A stretch of DNA of 64,000 bases from Lama glama (Eukaryota), in contig CM052817.1 of the NCBI GenBank assembly GCA_028534125.1, positions 12,650,001 through 12,714,000 on the forward strand. The letters run 5' to 3'. Position 1 is the first letter of the stretch, and each line of letters starts with the position of its first letter. The notes beneath the pieces were generated by a model. It saw nothing but the letters and a program-made list of their open reading frames with translations. It was not told the DNA's origin and did not search any database. The translations under genes were made by a program, and so were the position numbers. This document shows positions 37,903 through 51,237 of the stretch, in pieces.

Positions 37903-38283
37903 GTCCCATGAGAAGGTTTGGGGGCTACTACCAGAAGTTAAAGAAAAGGATACATTCTCGTCAACTCCTTCATTGAATTATGAAGAATCATAAGAAGGAC
38001 TGGTTTTAGCTACTTGAGCTAATTCCATGCAGGAATATAACTAGAACACAGATACTGGATCTTTTACATCATGCACTTTCCACTACCCCACAGGGCGATC
38101 CTGCTTTATGTCTATGGAAGTCCAGGCTCATCCACCTGTCAGCACGTCTTCTAGATACATTGTCCCTCCCTGTTAATGTGAAAAATAAGTCAAATGGCCA
38201 CCTTAGCCTATGTCCATCAACCAAGATTTAAAATAGGCAAAAAAATGTTATAACTTATGTCATTTTCAAGATCTTAGGAAATT

Positions 38284-38435
38284 GGGGGGAAGGTATAGCT
38301 CAGTGGTAGAGTGCACACTTAGCATGCATGAGGTCCTGGGTTCAATCCCCAGTACCTCCATTAAATAAATAAACCTAATCACCTCCCTCCTATTTTTTTA
38401 AAATAAAAACAAAAATTTAAAAAATCCTTTATAAA
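38284..38435 (+). mobile_element. Camelid Vic-1-type tRNA-Ala-derived SINE
   Basis: GGTATAGCTCAGTGGTAGAG ... GGTTCAATCCCCAGTACCTCCA plus the SINE body. TSD AAGATCTTAGGAAATT (38268-38283) / AATATCTTAGAAAATT (38436-38451). Confidence 0.93.
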
Positions 38436-39939
38436 AATATCTTAGAAAATTATCCTGTGCAAGCTTTTCTCTTACACACATGCCCACACAAATATATACA
38501 CTCAATGCTATATAAAAGTTAGAACTTTTAAAACTTTTATTGGCTTTTCATAGATCATTGTTTTATAGGAAAATGAATAAAATGGATAAGAATCTCAGAG
38601 AAATGCTGAAAAAAGAAGACGAAACCAATCAGGAAATGATGTAATACTATGCTTGATATATAGTTGTTCCTCTTCCCAAGTTAGGACAAAATTAGACTTT
38701 GATTGATATTTAAATAACATATAAGTATCGGGTCAGGTTCTCCTTCAGGGCCGCTGGTAATGGCTGTGGTATAGATAAGAGCCAGACTGACTTCTTGCTC
38801 TTGCAAGAGAAAACATAATGACTGGGATATAGGAGTCCTGGCTGCTAATTCCAGCCAAATTCCAGACAGCTGTATGAGCTGGAGGACGCTGCTGGGTCGT
38901 TCTAAGCCCTCAACTACCCCTCTGTAGAATTAGGTGGCTGTTGGGAAAGTTTTCTAATATTCTCTTTATTTCCGTATTTCTCTGATGTTGCATAAGTGGA
39001 AAGAATCACAGATGGTCAAACCAGTCCCCGCCGTGCCACTATGTAGCTTGGGGACTCTGTGCGCATCCTCTTCCCTCTCTGAGCTCCAGCCTTTTTATCT
39101 GTATACATCAAACACTAGAACTTGCAATTTCCCTTATAGATTAAAAATTCCATGTAGTGATTATGAAAAAGACAGTCCTTCTGCATTATGTCATTTTTCC
39201 GATGGCAAGGTAACTTTGTGCTGGATCTGTCTTCCCACACCCCTTGTCCATTAAACAATGTTTGTTTATAGGGTGAACAGCTGTGGTTTGCATCATGCAC
39301 TGTAATATGAGAAAATATGTCATAGACAGGATAATATAGAGACAGTATTAAAGAGATATATGCATTTTTTAGGTTTGAAAAAATAGCCTCAAAAGATACT
39401 GAACCTCTAATCATCCAGATAATGTGAATAATTAAAACCAATTGACAATTGCAGATCACAATGCTTGAACAGGTCCTAATGCATTTCTAATATAACATTA
39501 TGTAAGGATAAGAAGATACATGGGTCTTATCTACTTATAATGATATTAAATGCTTTTGTTACAGATTTTGAAACTACAGAAAAATTAAAAATATAACTCA
39601 TCTCTAATAATATCACCTATAGTCAATCTGTATACTGAGGTACTTCTCATATGTATTTTTTAGTTGTGTATAATTTGGATTATGATATAAATGCTTGATA
39701 TTACATTTGGTTAAAAATGTAATTGTTTTCAGTGTATCAACATGATTTTTAATGTATTTTCTTAGAGATCTTTCTTGGCATTAAAAAATAACCCTTATAT
39801 ATCACTACTTTTTCTATTTTATTTTTGATGATTCTAAATTATTGTTCACTTTTTCTATTTTTTTCTATTTTTCTATTTTTCCCGTATTTTTAATATTTTG
39901 TGTAATTTTATATTTTAGTGCTGTCATATTGTATTATAT

Positions 39940-40400
39940 GCAATTCATTCATGCGTCAAACACTGAGTGTTTTCTAGATGTTTAGCAAAGTATAGTCAGC
40001 GATGAATAGTCCTTAGTCCCTGCCTTTAAAGGATTTAAATTTTAGCTAGGGGAAAAGGCATTCAAAGAATATAACATGTATCTCTGTAAAAAGATAATAA
40101 TAATAAAGACCTAGGAGAACAGAAACATAAAGTACTTACATCTTTGTAGTCATGTTTGAGGAAAGAAAAAAAGAAGTAAAGTTAGAACTGAATTTGAAAT
40201 AAGAAGTGGGAATTTATCAAACCAAATATGTGGAAAGAGCATATATACGCAAATACATAAAGAAAAAAAAGAATTGTGATCAGGGAAATATCTAGAATTT
40301 TCCAGACCAGATCAAGCAAGTGTTCAGAGTGAGTGCCTGGTAATTAGCTAATAAAATAAACCAGGGCCAACCAGAAAGTCATATGGGAATGGACTTTGAA
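39940..40400 (-). mobile_element. L2 LINE fragment
   Basis: attcattcatgcgtcaaacactgagtg ... tagtccctgcctttaaaggatttaaattttag. Confidence 0.7.
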
Positions 40401-40429
40401 AAAAAAAATCTCATTAAACTAATGACAAA

Positions 40430-40625
40430 GATAACATTTACTGAATACTTGTTCTATGCTAAGAACTGTGTTAACCACTGAAAATACACTAAGAACCTGA
40501 CTACTACTGTATTCAGCTTAGAGTTGAGAAAACTGAGTCACAGAATAAGTCAGTCAGTCGCAGACAGGTAATGGTGAAGCTGGAGCTTTAACTCAGTGGT
40601 ACTTGGCTCCTCAACACTGTTCTCT
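40430..40625 (-). mobile_element. MIR SINE
   Basis: taacatttactgaatacttgttctatgctaagaactgtgttaa ... gagaaaactgagtcacaga. Confidence 0.8.
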
Positions 40626-42273
40626 CCAGCCTCTTAGCCAGAGCTCCGTAGCGCCTTTTTGTAGGCCACAGCAGCCTCTCTGTAGGCATCAAAGAATTGT
40701 GAGAGTAGAAGTGAAAAGCCCATACTTTACAAAGATCTCTCTATTGGGGAGGAAATATTTGTTTCTTCCTCTGGCAATCTCCCTTGCCTCCTATATTATG
40801 GCATCCTTGAATTACAATAAAGAGAACTCCTCTGATTTATATTTAGCTAAACTTCTTTCCCAGCACACGTCTAGAGAAAGTTCCCTGCAATTGTTTAAAG
40901 CTTTGTTTTTTGACCACAGGCCAAGAAAAATGCTTTTCTCACCAACTTCCCTCATTTATCATTTTTGTACTAAGTCCTCAAGCAAATACCCTTATTTCTC
41001 CTGTGATAATAACTTATTCATAATAATGACAATATTTATGCAGTGGCTTCATCCATGAATACCACAGAAGGTTTAGGCAACATTGAACAAGTGTTGAATG
41101 TCATTATCTCAGGACCAAGCCTTTCCTTGCGTGTCAACCTTGACTAGTAAATAAAGGAGCCACTGGAAAGTCAACCAGCATTTTGGTGGTGTGACTTCAC
41201 TGATAGATTTGCAAGAAAAAGAGACTCTGTGTGTGTTTTTGAATCTTTGACTAATGGTCTATTTATGAGAGCAGGATATGTAAGTAAAGCTTTGTAAATC
41301 TCCCTAAAGTTAACCTCAAATCAGAGTCTTCTTTCTCTAACTTTTTTATCCAGCTGATTTTTTTCAAAAGTGCTTGGCATATTTGTTCCACTTTGTGGTT
41401 CTATAGCTTACTATACAGGTGTAAAGATGTGAATCACTTGGGAAATGCTTAAGAGGAGTCAATGGGAATGATTAAAAGTTTGGGAAGTAGGTCATAAACA
41501 AAAACCAGGGACGTCAAAGACAAGTGAAGAGGAAGGGGTGCTTAATAAATCTTTATTGTCTGGAAAAGATGGTGTACAGATGGAACCAATGAATTCATTT
41601 CCTCTCTTCTCACTTTGACCAAGGAGGAAATAAGTCACACTAAAGCTAAAGTATGAGGAATTAAGGTCAGACATATATTTGTATATGGAAGGATGTTACA
41701 GAATCTTCTCTCTAACCTTTTTGTAATGTGGTAATTTATTCAATTTAATTAATACAATAGAGATAGATAAGCCATTCTGCAGTTTACGGGGGAGGAAGGG
41801 ACAGTATGGAGTTATTATTCCCTGGTTAAGTGCTAAAGTAGAGATTAGTAGAAGAAGAAATGGCAGCACTGATATATCCAATACAATTAGAAACTAGAGG
41901 TTAGAATCAGGGGCTAGAGATAAATATGCAGGAGTCATCAGGTTATAGGTGATATTTTGAAGAAATAAGAATGCATGAAATTTCCAAAGAATATTCAATA
42001 AATCCTAAGTCTTTATTTATTTTTTCCTGCTACTAGTTATTTTTCATATGAGGCTCACTGTTGCATCTACACTAATACCATAGGGGGAAAGAAACAATAA
42101 AGATTTTTCAAGTTAGATTTTTTTTTCTAGTGCTGAAATATAGTCTTATTGAGTCTTTATTTTGACAAAGTTAATCACATAATCAGATCCTAGATTTTCT
42201 GTTTTGTGATTATAGAAAGAAGTTCTTCCCAGAAAACTCATGTGTATAACTGTTGTAGGTATGTATTTTTTTT

Positions 42274-42345
42274 TTCAGGGTTATGGATAGGTTCAGGGTT
42301 AGGGCTAGCTTCAGGGTTAGGGCTAGATGAATTGTTAGGGCTAGG
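42274..42345 (+). repeat. 4 x 18-bp tandem repeat built from telomere-like hexamers
   Basis: TTCAGGGTTATGGATAGG / TTCAGGGTTAGGGCTAGC / TTCAGGGTTAGGGCTAGA / TGAATTGTTAGGGCTAGG. Confidence 0.85.
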
Positions 42346-42829
42346 TGCTAGATATGTATTTTATTTTTAAAAAGTGTTTTCTTAGTTTGTTTGTGCAACA
42401 GTAGGGATTATTAGATAAGGGAAAAAAGAGTGTTGGCAATTCTAAATAGGATTTATACAAACATATACATTGGAAAGCCAGACAGCATGTGTTGTGACCC
42501 TTCAAACACTGAGCCCATGTAACAGATAAAATGATGATAAAGAATTAAAGGCTCAATTTCTTCTCATCAAGAGCTGATGATATGCCTGGGAGAGAAAACA
42601 AAAACTATAAAGTACAAAGGGGTGAATAATAGATTATTTTAACACATGGGACCATAATTCATTTAGTAGGAGGGGTCTCCTTAATCTATATGATTTTAAA
42701 AATGGGATATCTATCTTTCAAATACAAGGGAAAGATTTTGTAACAATAGAGTGTTTGAGAACTTCTACAAGAGAATAGAGAGCTTGAGTTTTGCTTTTGC
42801 TTCTGAGGGGAAAAGTCACATCCAAAAAG

Positions 42830-44863
42830 GATAGAGAAATGCAAAAGAGACAATAAAAGACATATGAATATATTAAGAAGAAATAACATATGTAATTGGA
42901 ATCCCAAAGAATAGGATAGAAAAAAATGGACCAGAGAATACATTAAGGAATAATGACTAGAAAAATTTACTAACTTTAAAAGACATCATATTCATGGCAT
43001 CAAAAGATCTCCATAGGGCTTCTGATTCCAGATATAATATTAATACATTACACCATATTCATCACAAACCACAACCACAACAACAACAAAAACAGCAAAG
43101 AGATTTTCTAAAACAACTGGCAGAACACTTGGAAAGTTGTCTATGAGTCTCAGGATCTGAGCAAGAACACAATGGAACTATGTTCTCTGCAGCTGCAGAC
43201 ACTGTGGGCAGTGCCCAGTCTTTCTTCACGACCGTGCAGTTAAAAAGAAGTACACATCCCCACCTCCTAAACAACAGAGTTGGGGAAGGAATTGCCGAAA
43301 GGGATTTTCAACCTTTATATATGAATTCTTGAACAGACCTCTGAGTGTCCCATTCATGAAACTGACAAGAAACAACGCAGCAAGAGTTGAGAACCGAACA
43401 CTGTTCTGAAACACCACCCAGGATTCAAGTTGGCCTCTGGGAAACACACAAATGGGGCAGATCAAAAATAGCACTGCACAGGCTTTGAAAATAATTGACA
43501 TTTTAATAACAGTTCACAAAAATGGAAAAGGGTATGCATTCTGGACCTAAACAAGTTTACTGCCAGTTAAATAGATGATTTCAACAGGAACCAGGGTCTC
43601 AAAACATAATATTCATCATGTAGTAGATAAAATACAAAATTACTCATTGCAGCAAGAACCACTGTAACCTCAGTATCAGGGAGAAAATGCATAGGAAAAT
43701 GCTAACACTGAAGTGGCACAAATGTTGGAATTATCTAATGAGAATTTTAAAGTAATATATAGATTGAATGTTTGTGTCACCTCCAAATTCACATGTTGAC
43801 CCTTAAACTGCTGTGTGATATTTGGAGATGGGGTGTTTGGGAGCTAACTAGAATTAGATGAGGTCATGAGGGCAGGGCCCTGCTCTGATGGGATTAGTGC
43901 CTTTGTAAGATGAGACACTAGAGAGCTTTCTTTCTTTCTCTCCCTGCCATGTGAGGATACAGCAAGAAGACAGCCACCTGCAAACCCAGAAGAGTTCCCA
44001 TATGAACCTGATCACACTAGCGGCCTAATCATGGACCTCCAAAACTCTGAGAAAATATGTTTCTGTTATTTAAGCTACTCAGTTTGCAGTATTTTGTGAT
44101 GGAAGCCCAAACCAACTAAGACAGAGATGTATTAAAAATATCCAGCAGGCATTTACAAATCCTTTAAGAAAAAAAACCAACCAACTTAAAACAAGTAAAA
44201 ATCCTCAATAAAGAAATAGAAGATATAAAGTAGAACCAAATGAAAGTTTTGAACTGAGAGATACAGTAACAAAACCACAGCAATAAAATGTCACTGGATG
44301 GGTTCAGTAACAGAATGAAGATGACAGAAGAAAGTATCACTGAACTGGAAGACTTATCCAATTGAATCCTCAAATCTGAAAAACAGAGAGAAAGTAGATC
44401 AAAAAAAAAAAATTGAACAGAAACTCATAGACCACAGAGATCTCAGGCACAATAACAGATCTAACATTCGTGAGATCAGAATCCCAGGAGGAAAAAAAAA
44501 AAATCTAAGCCTGAAAAAAAAATGTGATATTGGCATAAGGATCAATATATAGAATTATTTGAAGAACATAGTTTCCACAAATAAAGCACACATATAAAGT
44601 CATGTGAATGTTGTTAAAAGTATCAACATAATTTAATGAAAACAGGAAAACCTTTCTAATAAATGATCCTGGAACTAGGTATCCATATTTAAAAGGAACA
44701 GTAATCTAAAACTTTACCGCATACTATATACAAAAACTAATTTGAAATGGAACATGGACCTAAGCACTAAATCTAAAACTATAAAATTTCTGAAAGAAAA
44801 CATCTAAAGAAATCTTTGTGACCATGTGGTAAGCAAGATTTTTTTCTTAAGTAGAGATCCAAA

Positions 44864-44894
<31 letters not shown>

Positions 44895-45895
44895 AAGCAA
44901 AACTGGATAAATTACATTTACTTGAAATTTTAAAAATTCTCTTTTTGAAAAACAATGTAAGGAAAATGGAAAGACTAGCCAATAAGCTACATACTGAGAG
45001 AAAATCTTTGCAAAATTTATTTATAACAAGAGACTTTATCTGGGTTATATAAACAATTCATAATACAAAAACAAACAATCCAATTTTTACATTTGCAAAA
45101 ATTTGAACAACACTTCACCAAAGAAGATACACAAATGGCTAATGAGCACACAAAAAAGTATTCAATAATATTAAGTTACTGGAGAAATGAAAACTAAAAC
45201 CACAGGAGCTATCAGTATACTCACTAGAATGGTTAAAATGGAAAAGACTGACAAAGCCAGTTTTGGTAAAGATGTGGAGCAATTGGAATTATTACATATT
45301 GCAAGGGCTGTAAAACATGAAAAACACTTTAAAGTACCTAGTACCTAAGAACTCTTTTGGGTGTTTTTTATAAATTTAAATGAACAACTTCTGAATGACA
45401 GAAACTGTACTGCTAGAGATCTTACAATAGAAATGAAAACGCATCAACTCAAATATTTGTAAAAGAATATTCAAAGAAGTTTTATTCATCATAGCTCCAA
45501 ACCAAAAACAATTGAATTGTCTATCAATAGGTGAATAGACAAACTAAGCTATGTATTCAAATTACTATTCAAGAAAAAAAATAACATGTATGAATCTCTA
45601 AAACCTTATTATAGATGAGTGCAAAATTACACAAAAAGTTCATACTATATTTTTCCATACATATGAAATTCTAGGATAGGCAAAATTAATCTATGGTAGC
45701 AGAAAGCAGGTTTGTGGAGTGAGATGGTGGAGACTGATATAAAAGAGGATTAGGAAACTCTTGGGGGGTAATGGAATATTGTATGTCTTTTACAGTGATG
45801 GATACAATATTCTAAACATTTTGCAAAATTTAGCAACATGTACATTTAATAAATGTATTTTATTGAATATAAGTTTTATCTCAATAAATTATATC
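42830..45895 (+). mobile_element. Composite old L1 region (ORF1 pieces, 5' UTR, ORF2 C-terminal part, 3' UTR)
   Basis: ORF1-like TEESITELEDL near 44325. Abrupt switch at about 44523 to ORF2 C-terminal sequence (tgtgatattggcataaggatc; cacttcaccaaagaagatacacaaatggc). 3' UTR ends tttatctcaataaa. Confidence 0.8.
43755..44123 (+). mobile_element. MaLR LTR (MLT1A/A0-like) inserted in L1
   Basis: gattgaatgtttgtgtcacctccaaattcacatgttga ... gatgggattagtgccttt ... aaccaactaagaca. Confidence 0.9.
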
Positions 45896-47664
45896 TGCAT
45901 ATATTTATGCATAATATACATACAATTTAATATATATGTGTGTATTACATTATATATATACATATATTTTTCATAGAAAAATAAAAGTGAAAACTGAATC
46001 AGTGTACCCTACAGAAATATGTGAACAGGAATATAATTCTCCTAGCAAGTTCACTACTACAGTGCACCATACAAAATATGAAAATGAATGCCCAGAGAAT
46101 TAGATATTTTGAAAATCATAAAAATAATGAGTGCATTACATTATCATCAGTTATGCATTCAATAGCCTCCATAAGTTTAATCTTAAAAACAACTATTAAA
46201 TGAAGTATGAAATATATTGTTTAGAGACACATGGTAGCAATGGTTGGAGTGAATACTGACTTCCTAAGGCAAACAATTTTCTCCTGATGTGACAATTTTG
46301 TTAAGCTGAATTATTATTTTAAGATGCCCTAAAAATTCAAATATATTTTAATGTGTTATAGACACATATGGAAATGATAAATTTAATTTTCTTCTGCAGC
46401 CAGAAAGATGGTTATCGAAGTTAATTTCCTTCGTAAGAAAATTTGGAATGATCTCCTGGATTAACTTTCATAAAGTTGTTGCTTCACTATTAACATGGTT
46501 GTGATATTATTTAACAGGCACATTTTTACATCTTAATTGGCTATTAAGTATAGAAAAAAAGGAACCACAGATTTCATGTAAATGATATTTGATAAGTGTG
46601 TCCTTTAGTGACAATTAATTATTTCAGTCCTTGATAATATTCCTAGGTCTCCGGAGAGAGATGGGGGAAAGCCAATTTCCTTTTTTTTTTTTTAACATCT
46701 GTGTTTGGGGTTAATGTTTCTTTCTAAATGAAATTTTGTTGCTTATTTCACAATCCCTAACATTTTCAATTTTTTTTTAAGTAACTTGCATTTCAAAGAT
46801 AATTTGAGATTTCCAGGTCATTGAACTTTCTGGTTTCCTTTTGTACACATGCAGTAAACACCTTGAGAAAAAAGGACAAACCCAAAATATGTAGACAAAA
46901 TTAGGCACCATTTTTAGCTTGTAGTTAGCAATGGCATATACTCCTCAACTCACATTTTTACTTCAAACAGATTTATTAACAAAATTTGAAGGGCTTAATA
47001 ATTTTCAAAGAAAAATATTGCCTCTGGGAGTCAAGGGCCTTTTGTGTTGGGAGCCAAACCAGTCTTCTGTGTTCCAGATACCTCTCAACATTCTGGTGGG
47101 AATTTTGCAACATGCTGTTTTTATTAAGGTTAAGAATTATTGGATCAAATGTGGATGTAAACCCTAATTTTAAAAAAAATAATTAACAATACGTACTTGA
47201 AAAACATTTATTTTATTTCCCTAGTACCATTTGTTCCTCATTTGAACAGTTTTAAATTTCATGTAACTCTGCAGAGAGCACTTTCTATGCTTGGCCAGCA
47301 ATCACAGTAGCGTACCCAGTGAGTCTATATATACAGTGTTACGTGTTTAGCAAATACAAATCAGAATTCTTGGTTTTTCCTATCTCCCACTGACTCAGGA
47401 AATAGCATAAGAAAGGTTAAAAGAAAAAAAAGTGAGTGCTTTTACCCTTCTCCAACCCACATTTTCTCCTTTCCTAACTCAGCGCCATCACAAATATCAC
47501 AAATCTGAGTGTATGTTGAATATCTTGGCCTTTTTCTAATTAAAGGTGGCTGCCCAATTCCCCAGGCAATGCAAAAACCCTTCAGGTTCTAAAAAGAAAT
47601 GACTTCCAAATTGAAAAGCGAGTAAATAAGTCAGTTTGAGACCCAAAAGCAATTATCATTACAA

Positions 47665-47696
47665 GGAAGTATCTTGAGTTGGAAGTATCTTGAGTT
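47665..47696 (+). repeat. Perfect 16-bp tandem duplication
   Basis: GGAAGTATCTTGAGTT x2. Confidence 0.95.
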
Positions 47697-48049
47697 GGCT
47701 AGTGTTGGTCTTCCAGTAACTGGAAAGCAGGCAGACAGCAATTTCATTCCCAAACATTTATACAAAGACAATCTCTCCACATTGTAACGACATTTAGGTA
47801 AAGATATTTATGATAGAGATGGCTAAACAGCACCGATGTTTGTCACTTGCCAAAAACCTGAGGGAAATGAGATGATTTTATTTTAAACTACATTTATATA
47901 ATTCTAACTATAACTATAATACCGGGAGTTTTAATTTGGTTATATAATACAATTGAATTCAGGATCTGAGTCTTTATTTGATGCAAAGCTCTGTGCTTAA
48001 CTTCAGAAGAGAGATGATTATCAAGGTGGTTAAAACAGAAGGAATTTAA

Positions 48050-48810
48050 AATTTGCAAGAGATGGAGACAAATCCCATTACTTAGGGCAGAAGAGAAACT
48101 TTGTAAACAAAAAAACGAGGGCCATGGAGATACAAGGAAAGAGAAATTATAGCATCTGGACCTGGGAAGAGTGTGAGGTAATGAGGAAAAATTTCATGGA
48201 GAAAGTGACATTTGAGATGGTCTTTTCCAGAGATTATTTCCACAGGCAAAGCTGGGGCAGGAGGGCATTCTAGAAAAAGGAAAGGGAACAGTTAAAAGTC
48301 TGGAGATGGAAAAGTGTGGGGGTATGTTTTGAAAACATAAACCATACGGTTTCAATAGAGGAGAGAAAATGAATAAGGTAAGAATAGGCAATGTGTCTTC
48401 ACAACAAACTGTGGAAAATATGTGAAATTTCCCATTTTTAAGACATGGGCAGCCAATAAATTATTTTTAGCAGGGAGTAATACGATAAGAGCTATTTGGG
48501 GAGAAATAAATATATCTGTACAGAGAATAGTAGATTGGAGCTGGAGAGACCAAAAGTAAGGAAGGCTGTGAATCACCAGAGGCGGCTGAACAAGAGAATT
48601 AGAGGAAATGAGGGCTGGGTTAACTCTGATGCCCTTGGAATGAAGAAAAGGGAGTAAATGTTAAAAGCATAGTATAAATGCTTAAAAAGGGTGGAAAAGT
48701 CAGAGGGAGGGAGTCATTATGACTCAAGTTTTAAGACCTAAAAATTTGGCAAGATGCTTGGATAGAAACAAATGTAGGGAAAATTCAGTTGGGGATGTAT
48801 TTTGAAATGA
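48050..48810 (-). mobile_element. L2 LINE fragment
   Basis: tttcatggagaaagtgacatttgagatgg ... tttagcagggagtaatacgataagagc ... ctggagagacc. Confidence 0.75.
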
Positions 48811-48989
48811 AGTGGCAATGAAGATAAATGAACAAGAAAATCTCTCCCTCCCACAGCATCAGCCATCAGTGCTATAAAGATAAAAACACCAAAATTACCT
48901 CTGTGCATTCAAAAGACACCTATTCTAAAAGAGAGCAACTGAAAAATTTCCATGCATTTTGATACGTACTTAACACAATAAAAATAAAA

Positions 48990-49138
48990 GCTAATATTTA
49001 TTTAGGACTTTTTATATGCCAGGCACCATTTTCAATTATCGAGTAACTTAATCCTCACCATTATATTTTCTCCATTCAATAGAAAGATCAAGGCTTAGTG
49101 GGCTAGGGAAAATTACCCAAGGATATGCATCTAGCATA
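48990..49138 (-). mobile_element. MIR SINE (interrupted by an LTR)
   Basis: agctaatatttattt ... tatgccaggcacc ... ttacccaaggatatgcatctag. Confidence 0.75.
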
Positions 49139-49649
49139 TGTGAATGAAAAATGGTGCCTGCCTATCAGTAAACAAAGGATGTAACCAAGCCATCAAGCCA
49201 TCAGCCACTACCACAGCCCCTGAGGGAACTCAGGATGGAGATAAACAGGCTGCCCAATGCCAAGCCCTCAGCCATCAGCCACAGCCAGTGGGGCACCCTG
49301 AGGGGACTCAGGATGAGAAAGAACACAATCTGGCCCTGGAGAGCTAAGGTGCCTATCAAACGAATGATTTCAATGAGTCCAGAACTTTGTGCCTTCCCAA
49401 ACATAGAAGTGTGTTAAATTCCTTAACTTGAGATATCTGATTTTCTTTACTTAATAGTAATCATTTGATGTTCCAACTACCTAGTCTTTATTGTAAAACT
49501 CCTATACACTTTGGCTCCTCCCTTACCTCTTTGGGACAGTTCCTTAGAGCTATCTAAAAAAGCTGCCTCCCAGATTTGAAGTCCTCAGAAAGTCCACTAC
49601 ATAAAACATAATTCTCAATTTGTAGGTTGTGCATTTTTTTCAGTCGACA
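49139..49649 (+). mobile_element. ERV1-type solo LTR (cetartiodactyl-like)
   Basis: 511 bp with TG...CA ends (TGTGAATG ... CAGTCGACA), an internal duplicated U3 block, a TATA-like site (aaaactcctata) and a polyA-like signal (cataaaa). Confidence 0.75.
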
Positions 49650-50430
49650 CACCTAACACAGACTTGACTGAAATCAGCATCTATTTGTTTCCAAAAGAGA
49701 CACTTTAGTCTGCATTATGCTGTTGAAGTTGCTGTTGAAACCCAAAGGATGACTGAGGGTAAAATGAAAACAAGAAGGAATCCTGGATGACCCTGACCAG
49801 GTAGCTGAGTCTTGAAGGATAAAAAAGGAGGCATTTGGATTTAAGATAGATGAGGAGAAAGTGCCAGGGCTGGAAGGGCTTTCTAGGCAGCAGAGCAGAC
49901 TGTGCAAAGGCCAGGGGGTGAGAAGCAAGGCAAGTTAGGAAAGTACAATCTATCACAAAGCTTATTATACTGTCATAAGTGGGCACTGTTATGTCGCCCT
50001 GTCATTACTCTTTTTAAATGATATCTGAAGGTTGTTAAACTAGATCTCAATTAAACAGAAGCCTCAATTAGTCAGATAGTGTCTCACAAAGTATTATTTT
50101 TTAACAAGAAAATAAAAATGACAAGCATTCGACCCTCTTTCAGGTGGGAGTCTCTTGGGCTTGGGCACAACTTGGCCTCAGTCCTCATCTGAGTCTGATG
50201 AGAACATCTCTGACATCTACTGGCAAAGAAGAAAATATATCCCATGACCTTGATTTACTGTTTTTCAAAGACGATTCATGAAGGGAACTATTTGAAGTGA
50301 CATATGGAGACCAAGGCCTCTTCTTTCATAAGGGCATTTGGGGTGGGGTGGTAATGGTAGGTTTGTAGTCTGCAATACTGTGTCATTATGAGAGGCAATA
50401 GAGATGCTGGTTGAAAACACTGACTCTGAA

Positions 50431-50586
50431 GGGGGAGGTATAGCTCAGTGGTATAGCACATGCTTAGCATGTACAAGGTCCTGGGTTCAATCCCCAGTAC
50501 TTCCATTAAAAAGTAATAAAATAAATAAACCCAATTATTGACTCCCCCCAAATTAAAGTGGTAGAACAAAACAAACAAACAAAAAA
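50431..50586 (+). mobile_element. Camelid Vic-1-type tRNA-Ala-derived SINE inserted in a MIR
   Basis: GGAGGTATAGCTCAGTGG ... GGTTCAATCCCCAGTACTTCCA. TSD GAAAACACTGACTCTG (50413) / GAAAACATTGACTCTG (50587). Confidence 0.93.
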
Positions 50587-50690
50587 GAAAACATTGACTC
50601 TGGAGAACACTCTCTGGGTTTGGCTCCTAGTTCTGACTCTTATGAACTGTGTGACCTTCAGCAAGAGAACAGTGTGACCTTTGGCAAGAA

Positions 50691-51165
50691 TGATTATTAT
50701 CTCTTGCTGTGTAACAAAATATCCCAGATTTAGCAGCTTAAAATCACAAACATTTACCACACACCATTTATGGTCAAGACCCCAGGAAGGGCTTAGCTTT
50801 GACTGAGATTTCATGAGACTGGGGTCATCTGAAGAAGCAGGAGAATCTAAGCTCACTATTGTGGTTAATGGCAGGAGCTTTCAACTCATCACTATGTGGG
50901 TCACTTCATACTGCTGCTCAGAGGCATGGGAACTGGCTTTCCCTGGAACAAGTGTTCAGAGGAACAGAGACAGAGAAAATCTGAGAGAGAAGCCATAGTA
51001 TTTTTATTATTTAGTCTTGAGAGGAACATCCCATCACATCTGCTCTATACTGTTCTTAGAAATGAATCACCAAGTCCAGTTCAAACTCAAAGGGAGAGAA
51101 ATTAAGCTTCACCTCTTGAGAGAGGAGTATCAAAGAATCAGTGGGCATACCTTTAACCTACCACA
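50691..51165 (-). mobile_element. MaLR LTR (MLT1F/G-like)
   Basis: tcttgctgtgtaacaaaatatcccagatttagcagcttaaaa ... catcacatctgctctatactgtt ... tttaacctaccaca. Confidence 0.8.
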
Positions 51166-51237
51166 GAAAACTAACTTCTTAGTGTGTGTTTCCCTATCTG
51201 TAATTTGGAGATAAAACTGTACCTACAGTACAGAATC

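Noticed and set aside
40603..41058. 151-aa ORF
   Set aside because: Non-ATG start inside a MIR, with no domain or splice support.
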